Under the pieces are notes generated by a model, which saw only the letters and a list, made by a program, of their open reading frames with translations, made no database searches and was not told where the DNA came from. A program made the position numbers and the translations under genes. Positions 37,800-47,156 of a stretch of 64,000 nt of DNA are shown piece by piece. Numbering within the stretch: the stretch's first letter is position 1; every line of letters begins with the position of its first letter. This DNA is from Schizochytrium sp. TIO01 (Eukaryota > Protista > Bigyra: Labyrinthulomycetes): positions 8,030,483 to 8,094,482 of the forward strand of contig SMSO01000032.1 of assembly GCA_004764695.1 (NCBI GenBank). Direction: 5' to 3'.

Positions 37800-39851
37800 A
37801 TGGCGCCTCGCACGCAAACTAGCAAATCCAGATTGCAAGCACAAAAGGAAAAGTTGGCACAAGAAGAAATTAAACAAGAAATGGAGCAAAGGCTTAAGCC
37901 TTCATGTCCAAGACATTGGAGTGCAGAAGAAGATGAACTTCTGCGCGCAGCTGTTGGGCGCTTTGGTGCACGTCACTGGAAAACTATCGCAACTTATGTC
38001 CCTTCACGAACTCACACACAATGCCTCCAGCGATGGAACAAAGTTCTGAAACCCGGTTTACTCAAAGGACCTTGGAGCCCAGAAGAAGATCACCTATTGC
38101 GCCGTCTTGTAGAGCAAAGCATGGCAAGTCTTCGTCTTAACACCAGCGAGTCTTGCGACTCAATGCACACAGATATGGATACAGACTCAGTCAGCTCTGG
38201 CGATGGATCTGGTCTTTCTGGCTTGGCGCGCCGTGTAGATTGGGTTCTCATTGCAGAGAATATCCCCGGGCGCAGCGTAAAGCAGTGCCGCGAACGCTGG
38301 TGCTCCAATCTTGACCCAGCAATCAACAAGGGCGTATGGACCGCTGAAGAAGATGCCACACTGCTCTCTACACAGTCTACCAAGGGAAACTGCTGGGCTC
38401 ATATTGCCCGACTCTTGCCAGGACGTACAGAGCATGCCGTGAAAACCCGCTTCCGCAGTATCCAACGCGCTCGACGTCGTGAGTGGTCTAAAGAGGAGGA
38501 CGACCTCCTCATTAACCAATACCAAATTCACGGCAGCCAATGGGCTTTGGTTGCTGATCCCTTCAGGGGCACCCGCACCAAAAATGCTGTGATGACTCGT
38601 TTCAAGCAACTTCAAAGCCTTGGCCTTGTACAGCCTTCTCGCCGCTCGCGCTCTGTCGTGCCTCGGGCCCGCATGACTACAGCGCAGCCGGTTGTCTCCT
38701 CTTCAAGCTTGCCATACCCTTCTGCATCAGCCTCCGCTGTATACTCTTCGCAGCCTCAGCAGCATCAACAACACTTGCATTCCCCACATGTCGGTCTCGA
38801 GGTCAATGATCTCCTGGCAGCTGGCCAAGAATCGACCTTCACTGAGGACCCTTCCCTCTTGCGCAGCACAAGCACCGGTAGTATCCCACGCCATACTATG
38901 TCCCGCATTGCTTCGCTCTCGAGCACTGGCGCATCCCAGGTCGGTGTTGACTCTGCGTACAATTCACTCATCCCCACAGCTCACGCCAGCGGACTTGAGC
39001 CATATGCCGGCGCTCAGGATGCCGGCCTATCCGGCGGGAACTCCAACAACTTTGACGCTTGGTCGCAACCCCGCATTCAGAATGCCATTAGCAAACTCAT
39101 GGACAGCACTCCTCTCAACTACAATGAAGTGGCTTCGTCTGGAGTTATGCCCTCAACTTCATCTGATGTCCCACCTTCAGCTTCTGGTGCTTATGACCCT
39201 GCTTCAATGCAGGAAGAACCACGTCAACAGCACCAAGAGTTGCAGCAGCAACAGCAGCAGCGCCCCCGCGCTTCTCGTCTTCGCACCTTTGACTCTATGC
39301 AGGAGGTGGAGAACTGTGCTCTGCAAATGCTCGCTTCGCAGAAGCGTTCCAGATCAGGGGTTGAAAACGAAGACAATTCGTCATCCTCTGGAGTCTTTGG
39401 CTTCTTCGGCCTCGAATCTGATCAGCATTCAGCTGCTACAACGATTACCCATATCAACCAGCACCTTAGCTCACAAGCTGGCGTTTCCCGTAACATGCAC
39501 AACGCCAACAGCAACTTTATGCTCAGCCATCCCGAACAGAACTCAGAGTCTGCATCCTTCACACCTTCTGCTGCTCCCGACACCTCTGCATCACCTGCTG
39601 CGCCTGCTTCTGCCATGACCTCTCAGTACATCCCGCCACCACCTCCTCCTACTTCATCAGTGCACCAACAGCAGCAACAGTACGATAATGTCCAGATCTT
39701 CAGCCACCAGCCCCAGCAGCAACAATATAACCCGGCACCGTTTGCAACGGAGCCTGTAAAGCACCCTATTACGTATGGTGTGACTGGAGGCGCTCTCAAC
39801 TCGTCGCTTTTTCCATCTCGTGAAATTTCCTTTCACCAAACCTGCATTTAA
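37800..39851 (+). CDS. Myb-family transcription factor with four Myb repeats and a long S/Q/P-rich C-terminal region
   Basis: 683-aa ORF. Repeats: WSAEED..W..IA..RTHTQCLQRW, WSPEED..W..IA..GRSVKQCRERW, WTAEED..GNCWAHIARLLPGRT, WSKEED..GSQW..RTKNAVMTRF. Good ATG context (catcATGg). Confidence 0.95.
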   Translation: MAPRTQTSKSRLQAQKEKLAQEEIKQEMEQRLKPSCPRHWSAEEDELLRAAVGRFGARHWKTIATYVPSRTHTQCLQRWNKVLKPGLLKGPWSPEEDHLLRRLVEQSMASLRLNTSESCDSMHTDMDTDSVSSGDGSGLSGLARRVDWVLIAENIPGRSVKQCRERWCSNLDPAINKGVWTAEEDATLLSTQSTKGNCWAHIARLLPGRTEHAVKTRFRSIQRARRREWSKEEDDLLINQYQIHGSQWALVADPFRGTRTKNAVMTRFKQLQSLGLVQPSRRSRSVVPRARMTTAQPVVSSSSLPYPSASASAVYSSQPQQHQQHLHSPHVGLEVNDLLAAGQESTFTEDPSLLRSTSTGSIPRHTMSRIASLSSTGASQVGVDSAYNSLIPTAHASGLEPYAGAQDAGLSGGNSNNFDAWSQPRIQNAISKLMDSTPLNYNEVASSGVMPSTSSDVPPSASGAYDPASMQEEPRQQHQELQQQQQQRPRASRLRTFDSMQEVENCALQMLASQKRSRSGVENEDNSSSSGVFGFFGLESDQHSAATTITHINQHLSSQAGVSRNMHNANSNFMLSHPEQNSESASFTPSAAPDTSASPAAPASAMTSQYIPPPPPPTSSVHQQQQQYDNVQIFSHQPQQQQYNPAPFATEPVKHPITYGVTGGALNSSLFPSREISFHQTCI

Positions 39852-40668
39852 TTTGATTGATTGATTGACTGATACCACCCCCCCTCAATCGGGCACGATT
39901 ACTTCTGCCCATTGACTGACACAAAAAAATCCTTTTTACCCATGTTTTACCGTGAATATTCTCACTGACACCTACTTACTTACTTACTTACTGTGACCAG
40001 AAACGAGGAACGGTCTACCCTTGCGGTCTCTCCCTCGTCTCACGCATATGGAGACAGAGAGCACCGTACTGGGAGCCCAGTATTATTCCTTATTTGATGA
40101 ACCATTTTCTACTTTCTCTTTGTGCCTTTACTAATTTTCCCTACACCCATTATAAAGTCATGGTTTCCAAGAATTTGGAAAGCTTGACCTTTCAATCTCG
40201 CTCGACATTGATGAGGGGGGAGCAACTTGGTATCTGTGCTATCTGGTTACTTATTGTAGTTATATTTGTATCCTTGCTTAGTTCATTCGTAGGAACATAC
40301 AACGAGGAAAACAAACGCAATGAAATGGTTATCACGAAAGGAACACGCGCGAATTTTGATTAAGAAGCACTGTTACTTAACTTTTGTGGCATTCCTCGAA
40401 GGTAAGAAAATTCTAATCTCTAAGGACATTATAACAAATTTACAGAGCACCAACTGGCAAAAGAGACTTTGTGTCTCGCAACAATTGCAGCTTATTGCAC
40501 TGTTTTGAAACATTCAAGCATCCAACTTCTTTCTCAACATACCTACTTTTTATAAATGTAAATAGATAGCAATAGTACTTTACAATATCTTGTTGACATC
40601 TAAGATATCGCTCATTTTCCAGTGTTTCAACAGTAGTAAATATATTCATTTAGTGGTCATATATACAT

Positions 40669-42296
40669 TTATTCGCCATCTTCTGCGCGTTGACGAAACA
40701 TTTCTTGGACTTTCGACAACATTAATCCTGCTACAGGGTTCGTGTCGCGCCAACGCCAAATATAGCATGCTTTTAAGTCAACAGTCGTTGTTGGAAGCGA
40801 ATGACACGGCATGCGTTCTAAATGCTCATCAGGGTTGTACACATAATTTTCTACGCCAACACCTTTTCTGTCAGAAATGTTCGGATGTAAAATCTTAAAA
40901 CGCGAAGAATACTGCCGTGCTTCTTTTGTGCCGTGCCAAAGATGGAGTACACTTCCCGAAACATAAGCAAGTTTTCCTCTCGAGACTTTGAATGCACGTT
41001 CGGCCCAATCTTGAAATCTATGCGCCAATGGCGAATCAGGACTGACGAGTCGTTGGGCATAGTAGTAAGGAATCCTTACTGGGGTCTTCCTGTGTAGGTC
41101 TTCTTCGTGAACAAAGTGACCTTCGAATGCGTGAGCCATAAGTGCATCCTGTATACATAATCAAACACGGAGCAAAGGCATATACGTATGCGGAACAGTA
41201 CTCCAACGCGGTTAGTTAGCAAATGAGCAAAACTATGTTTGGATATTCGGACGCTAGTTGTGAATTTCCATACAAAAGAAGAACTTACAGCGCCACCCAC
41301 CACTGCAAGGTCAAAGAGGCCACCCATCTCCCGAAGAGCGTCCCGTGAAGCTGCCCAAGCAAACCCTGTGTAGCCATGGTCTTTTTGAGAATCTAAAATT
41401 CTACTCTTGCGCGAGGGGGGCGAAGACTCAACAGCAAAGGCAAAGCCTGGAGTACGAACACCTTCGTTTTTGCCCAAGCTCTTCCGTGCCCGACGTGGGT
41501 CCAACCAAAGCTGGCCCTGTGAAAGGCGAATTGCATACTGGTATGGTTGCAAAACCATTTCACCTTCAAGTACTAAATTAAGCGTTTGCTCTACCCAATC
41601 AATTTCTGTGAAGAGAAGTTCTGCGTCTGGCCAGACCACAGCCTTGCAATTCTCTGGCAGATGATCGATCCCCACATTAATAAGCCGTTCCTTCTGCCAA
41701 AGTGTAGCCCCACTGTCCGCGCGAAGGCTGATAAGTGCATCAGCATCCTCAGGCACAGAAATGATCTCATTCTCCATACATACATCTTTGTCGTCCTCGT
41801 TCCCGTGCTCATGCTCATCAGATAGCACTAAATGTACAACCATAAGCCAGAGGTTTTGGGCTCGGGATGCTGTTCTGAACCTCCTAAAATTATCCAGCCT
41901 CGATGAGTAGCCTGCTGGGTTAAATAGTGCTACAACGCCACATGTCTTCCATTGCTTTGAATTTCCATCCTTTTGACCAAGACTTCCAGGATCTTCAATA
42001 TTCTGCACCCTAATATTTGTATTGTGAACTCCCTCTGCTGGTACAGCCTTCTGTTCTTCTGCAGCAACCAAATTGAATATCTCCACGGACTCATGGACTT
42101 TTTGATCCTCCTCCACAGCCAGACTTGGAGGCTTCTCTTCGAAAGACTGTTTTGTCAACGTTGTTGACGTTGGCAGAGAGCTCAAAGAAGGCCTCAGAGC
42201 CTCTACAGAGCCGCCGCATAGCAACACCAAAAGGGAAAAACCTATCGCTACAGCTATCGCTACCCTCGCGGTAGACTCCACGATGCATCTCCACAT
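40669..42296 (-). CDS. Putative GT-A-fold glycosyltransferase-like protein with N-terminal signal/anchor; 2 exons (42296-41289, 41148-40669), about 495 aa
   Basis: Hydrophobic N-terminus VAIAVAIGFSLLVLLCG. Motifs: FNPAGYSSR, LWQKERLINVG, VVWPDAE (DxD-like), GFAWAASR..L..MGGLFD.AVVGGAD, HLWHG...RQY..R, F..R.EDG. The two listed ORFs join in frame through a GT-AG intron. Confidence 0.8.
41149..41288 (-). other. 140-nt spliceosomal intron (phase 0)
   Basis: Donor GCT|GTAAGT at 41288, branch GCTAACTAAC at about 41211-41220, acceptor TATACAG|GAT at 41149. Splicing gives ...VVGGA-DALMAHAF in frame. Confidence 0.9.
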
Positions 42297-42575
42297 TCCA
42301 CCTAAGCCCTGACCATGTGCATGCAGGTCGTCTATAAGGCAGAGACTTGGAACCCAGCTTTGACTCGAAGAGAGCAAAACCTGAAAAGGGTTTGGTTTTC
42401 ATTATTATTAGTATTATTTTTTTTAAGAATAAAAATTAATCATTAAAAATGAATGATATGATTTTAAGTAACTAACTATTACTCGTAAAGAAGAGAGAAA
42501 CTGAGCTGTCCCTACTTGAGATAGTGAACACCAAGAATGCGCCGTGCATAACCCTGACTCAGGCTTTCCAGCGCG

Positions 42576-43871
42576 ATGGAGGCAGAACTCGCAGTGCTGA
42601 AGAGGCTACTCTATGGCTGCAGGCAGCAGCATGCTTGCACTGGGTACTTCCAGCGGCTTCGAGCTGCAGATCGAAGGCTAAGGAAGATCTCATCCAACAA
42701 CCAGTGGCTGGACGTGGGCAAAGCCACAGCGGAAAAGCTCAGCCAAGGTCGTGCCGCGACAAGCTTCAAGGAGAAGAAAGCCTTAAAGAAGTCTAACAAG
42801 GGTCTCGAACCTGTGTCTGTCCAGAATGAAGCTGAGGCTGACCTGGCAAGCTTGGAGATGGCTGAGAAGTTGCTCCTGGACGCAGCCTCGGAACTGTCTT
42901 GGAGCCTGAGCCGCGGGCGCTTTGTGCCGCTTGTAACAGTGCTTCTAGCAAGTACCGCACAACTTGTCAAGTTTATTGGTGAGCTCAAACCCGTACTACA
43001 AAAGGCTGTTGAGCACTCGGCAAGGGCCAAGGCACGGGCATCCAAGGAAAACCAATACGCATCAAAGTTCGAGCTTACAGAAGATGGCGGTGTGCGTGTG
43101 GAAACCTTTGCAAAGAATATCAGTGATGATGAGGATGACGACGATTTTGGCATGGCTATTATCCGCACTGACTCTATTCCAAAGAAATCTCAGGTGACCC
43201 CTAAAAGCGCCGTAGCAGAGGTCAAGAAGAGCAAAAAAAGTATGAAACAAAGGGGAACCCAACAGCAGAAACTGTCCCACCAACGTGACAGGCAGGATGG
43301 AGACCAAGAAGCTAAAGAATATATGGAGGACAACTCGCAAAACCTGGAGTCAGAGAAAGGCGGAAGCGATGAGGTAAGCAATGCCAACAAGATGAAAATC
43401 AGAAAGGCTTCGCAGGTTGGGCTCGAAGCTAAACGCCGTGTGACGAATAAACGCAAGCTTGCTAACACAGTTGCTGACGATGATGACGTTCAGGACGAAA
43501 TGCAAGACTTGATGCCAAAGGCAAAACGGACAGTTGAAGTATTGAAGGCGTCTGCCATAGAAACAGATGGTGCAAGCATGTCGGACCTACAAGTCAGGAA
43601 AATAAAAAAATCGAAAAATGACAAAATAACAAAACGCAAGATGGAGGCTATCATGTCAACTGAAGGCCAGACTGCATCATCTTCGACAAGTCTGATTGAA
43701 GACGAAGATGAAAGTAAACAGATGAAGCTGAAGACCAAGAAGAAGACGAAGGTAGTCGATGTTGGCGTCGCTACAAACTCAACCTTAGCAGAGAAGAAAA
43801 CCAAATCCAAGATCAAAAAGGTTAAAAAGAAGAAGGCCAACGATATTGACGATATTTTTGGAGGTCTGTGA
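42576..43871 (+). CDS. NEPRO: RNase MRP subunit RMP1/NEPRO(RMP64)-like nucleolar protein (DUF4477-like N-domain)
   Basis: N-terminal E.AVL.RLLY..RQQH...YFQ.L....R.LR, then LL.AA.E.S..L....F..L...LLA..A.L. Acidic DDDFG.AI.R motif. Lys-rich tail ending KKKKANDIDDIFGGL, matching the IDDIF terminus of Rmp1/NEPRO homologues as I recall them. Confidence 0.7.
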   Translation: MEAELAVLKRLLYGCRQQHACTGYFQRLRAADRRLRKISSNNQWLDVGKATAEKLSQGRAATSFKEKKALKKSNKGLEPVSVQNEAEADLASLEMAEKLLLDAASELSWSLSRGRFVPLVTVLLASTAQLVKFIGELKPVLQKAVEHSARAKARASKENQYASKFELTEDGGVRVETFAKNISDDEDDDDFGMAIIRTDSIPKKSQVTPKSAVAEVKKSKKSMKQRGTQQQKLSHQRDRQDGDQEAKEYMEDNSQNLESEKGGSDEVSNANKMKIRKASQVGLEAKRRVTNKRKLANTVADDDDVQDEMQDLMPKAKRTVEVLKASAIETDGASMSDLQVRKIKKSKNDKITKRKMEAIMSTEGQTASSSTSLIEDEDESKQMKLKTKKKTKVVDVGVATNSTLAEKKTKSKIKKVKKKKANDIDDIFGGL

Positions 43872-44540
43872 GTGTCCTCTAGAGAAGTTGCTCATATTTG
43901 TCTCATTTGTTTCTGGTATTTTATCTGCATGTCCGAGCTAGGGTCTGCAAGCAACCATATTCGCTTTGATATGATAGAAGGGCAATATAATGTTTTAGAG
44001 GTATTGTTCGTTCAAGAGCTCGGTCTATAATGTTTCCCTATATAATTTTTTCGATCTTCTTTTTTTTTAATTATCGAGATTACACAGCTATCTTAGCCTG
44101 ATTATTTCTTCGTTTGCAATTGTGCTATGCAAAAAGATTACATTGTTCCTTGACCTTATAGTGTTTCTTTCTAAATTAAGTTTTGCGAATAAATGTTGAG
44201 TTTTTGATATCGCCGCAAGAGGAACTAGAACGCCATCTCCTTTTTTCTAAAGAACTGTTGAAAGCTCGTCTTGTCTAGGACCAAATCTACAAAAAAGTAT
44301 CTCTACCCTATCATTACCTTTCAATAAAAGAGGTATCGCAGCTACTACAGTTAGTGGCGTGTGGAACTAAAAGGTATAGTGCTTACTAATGAGGGAACGT
44401 TTTCCTGTCTTCAAAGATTTCAGTCAAATGGAGAAATTGCAAGGTAAACTATAGAATGGTCAAAAACAGCTTCTAGTTTTGTGTTAGAATAGGTAACGCA
44501 GGGGAGATGAATGTGCAGAGGGAAAAATGCTCCGTACATT

Positions 44541-47156
44541 TTAAGAGAGAGGAGCGCCAGTAAGGGAAGGGACAGTGCAAGGACCAGCCGAGGTGACAAG
44601 CTCTTGGCCCTGCCAAGTACCGACGCAAGAGTCGTTTGTCTTGAGATCCTTGGCAACAGCCTCGAAGATCTTTTTGCGAGCAACCTTGTTTGCCGGTTCA
44701 GGCTCAAACTCGTTGGGGTCGGAGCCCTTCAGGCCAAGACGCTCACCTACCTTGGATCCCGCAGGCGGGTTGAGAATCTCAACCTTGTCAGAGCCGGTAG
44801 CACAGATAACCATACCATTGGACATGAATCCAGCAAGGGGACGGGGCTTCAAGTTGCAGCACACCACAACAAGACGGTCCTGGAGGTCTGAAAGCTGGTA
44901 GTGCTTGCGCAAACCAGAGCCGATCTGGCGGGGGGCATCCTCACCAACATCAATCTCCTCGCAGAAGATCTTGTCAGATTCCTCATGCTCCCAAACCTTT
45001 ACGATCTTACCCACACGGAACTCCATCTTGGTAAACTCAGGGCCTTCATTAGGAGGTGCAGCCTTGGCAGCAGACTGCTTTTTGTTGGCCTGCTTCTGAG
45101 CAGCCTTCTTGGCCTTGTTCGCCTCGATCTCGGCCTTGGCATCCTTGCCCTTCTTGTTATCCTGCTTGCCTGCAGCAGGTTGCACAACTCCAACTCCAGG
45201 AGCGAGCTCGTCGAAGAGAATAGGGCCAACGTATGTCAAAGTTCCGGGAGGGAGGTTCTCAAAGGATGCGTTAAGCGAGGGAAGAGCAGCAGGCTTGACA
45301 CCAAGCTTGTGGAAGACCTCCTTGGTAGCACTCGGGCAGAACGGTGCGAGAAAGTGGGCAACGGCGTAAATACCTTCGAGCGCACCACGTACAGCTGCAA
45401 GCTTCTGGTTCATCGATTCCTCATCCTTGCCCTTGATCTTCCACGGCTCGAGGCGCTGAAGGTAGTTGTTAAGCGAAGAAATTGCGGACACAACTGCTTC
45501 GGCAGCGCCGCGCAGCTGAAGACCAGCGCCATTGCGCAGGTTTCGCACGAGGTCCGCGTATTCTGAGGACCTCTCCTCAGCTCCAGGCGCAGCTTCGGCC
45601 GGGCGAAGTGCGAAGGCAACCTCGAAAACATCACGGAGTGCAACAATATCGAACGGGAGCTTACCTTCAAGAAGGGCAGGCTTGACATCCGGAATCTTGC
45701 CCTCGCAGTAGTTCTTACAGAGGGAAGTAGCGCGGTGCATGAGGTTTCCAAGACCATCCTTAAGCAGAGCGTTGTGTTCTGCGCAAAGAGTCTTCTCAGA
45801 AAAGCTCAAGTCCTCTCCGTAAGAGGTGGCACGTGCCAAGTAAAACCTCAGCGTATCTGAAGGGTAAAGCGAGAGGAGTTCAATAGGGTCAACTGCGTTT
45901 CCAAGAGATTTTCCCATCTTGACGCCACCCTCGGCCTGCACAAACCCGTGTCCGAAAACAGTCTTGGGGAGCGGGAGGCCAGCGGACATCAGCATGGCAG
46001 GCCAAATTACACAGTGGAATCTTGTGATATCTTTGCCAATGACGTGGACGTTGGCAGGCCAGAACCGAGCCCAGTTCTCAGGGTCTTGGTCCTGCTGAAG
46101 GTAGTTGACAGCGGTCATGTAGTTTGAAAGCGCGTCAAACCAGACGTACATGACGTGGCTCTTGTCTCCGGTGTACTCGGGGTCTTCAGGGCACTTGATT
46201 CCCCATTGGCAGACAGTTCGTGAAATGCAGAGGTCTTGAAGTTCCTGGCCCTCAAGGAAGGAGAGAATCTCACGCTTGCGGGTCTCCGGCTGCACGAAGA
46301 GAGGGTCGTCCTCCTTAATGTGCTTGATGAGCGCAGCCTGGTATTTCGACATGCGAAAAAAGTAGGACTCCTCCGACTTCTTCTCAAAAGGGCGTCCATG
46401 CTCGTCCTTAAAGTCAGCCTCCTCGGCCTCCTTGTCAGTAACATACTTTTCCTCGTGAACGTTGTACCAACCAACGTAGTCCTTGAGGTAGATATCGCCA
46501 TTGGCGCGGACCTGCTCCCAGAGCTTGCGGCATTGGTCTCCGTGCTTAGGCATCGTTGTGCGAACGTAGAAGTTGTTACTCACCTCGAGGCGCTTGTTGA
46601 GCGCCTGGAACTGTCCAGAGTACTTGTCGGCGATAGCCTGGGGGGTCACGTTGTTCTTGATGGCACTCTGCTCGACCTTTTGGCCATGTTCGTCGGAACC
46701 GGTCAAAAAGAACACATCACGGCCAAACGCGCGGTGGTATCTCGAGATAACGTCACAGGTGACACCTTCGTAAGCGTGGCCCATGTGCGGGTCACCGTTC
46801 GTGTAGTTGATCGCAGTGGTCAAGAAGAACTTCTGTGCACGAACCTCTTCGCTCGCAGACTCAGGGCACAAGGGAGCAACAAGGTCACGGTTGAGCTTGG
46901 CGGAGTTATCTTGCTTCTCCTTGTTGTTGCCCTTGAGCTTGCCCTTGCCTGCACCAGGAGCTTGCTCCATGGCTTTATCTTGTTTCTTAGGCTTCTCCTG
47001 CTTCTTGGGCTTTTCCTGCTTCTTAGGCTTCTCCTGCGACTTGGGCTTTTCCTGGCTAGGCTTGGATGCTGATCCGGAGGCCTTCTTGATGGCGGCGGTC
47101 TGCTGGAGCAAGGCGATGGCGAGGCGGGTGGCCACCTCGTCCGCGGCTTCTGCCAT
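44541..47156 (-). CDS. MARS: Methionyl-tRNA synthetase (MetRS1-type core) with C-terminal EMAPII/Trbp111-like tRNA-binding domain
   Basis: FFLTTAINYTNGDPHMGH (HIGH motif), GSDEHGQK, YVWFDAL, IGKDITRFH..WPA, KMGKS (KMSKS motif). C-terminal RVGKIVKV...IDVGE..RQI.SGL..CNLKP..L.G..S.GM OB fold. Intronless, 871 aa. Confidence 0.97.
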   Translation of the reverse strand: MAEAADEVATRLAIALLQQTAAIKKASGSASKPSQEKPKSQEKPKKQEKPKKQEKPKKQDKAMEQAPGAGKGKLKGNNKEKQDNSAKLNRDLVAPLCPESASEEVRAQKFFLTTAINYTNGDPHMGHAYEGVTCDVISRYHRAFGRDVFFLTGSDEHGQKVEQSAIKNNVTPQAIADKYSGQFQALNKRLEVSNNFYVRTTMPKHGDQCRKLWEQVRANGDIYLKDYVGWYNVHEEKYVTDKEAEEADFKDEHGRPFEKKSEESYFFRMSKYQAALIKHIKEDDPLFVQPETRKREILSFLEGQELQDLCISRTVCQWGIKCPEDPEYTGDKSHVMYVWFDALSNYMTAVNYLQQDQDPENWARFWPANVHVIGKDITRFHCVIWPAMLMSAGLPLPKTVFGHGFVQAEGGVKMGKSLGNAVDPIELLSLYPSDTLRFYLARATSYGEDLSFSEKTLCAEHNALLKDGLGNLMHRATSLCKNYCEGKIPDVKPALLEGKLPFDIVALRDVFEVAFALRPAEAAPGAEERSSEYADLVRNLRNGAGLQLRGAAEAVVSAISSLNNYLQRLEPWKIKGKDEESMNQKLAAVRGALEGIYAVAHFLAPFCPSATKEVFHKLGVKPAALPSLNASFENLPPGTLTYVGPILFDELAPGVGVVQPAAGKQDNKKGKDAKAEIEANKAKKAAQKQANKKQSAAKAAPPNEGPEFTKMEFRVGKIVKVWEHEESDKIFCEEIDVGEDAPRQIGSGLRKHYQLSDLQDRLVVVCCNLKPRPLAGFMSNGMVICATGSDKVEILNPPAGSKVGERLGLKGSDPNEFEPEPANKVARKKIFEAVAKDLKTNDSCVGTWQGQELVTSAGPCTVPSLTGAPLS
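46983..47063 (-). repeat. 18-bp coding tandem repeat (QEKPK[S/K]) x4 in the MetRS N-terminal extension
   Basis: Translation KPSQEKPKSQEKPKKQEKPKKQEKPKKQDK, with synonymous variation between units. Confidence 0.9.

Noticed and set aside
38124-38238. GC-AG intron explaining the Myb R2 insertion (ATG|GCAAGT...GTGTAG|)
   Set aside because: The donor is phase 0 and the acceptor phase 1, so removal would shift the frame and destroy the downstream repeats.
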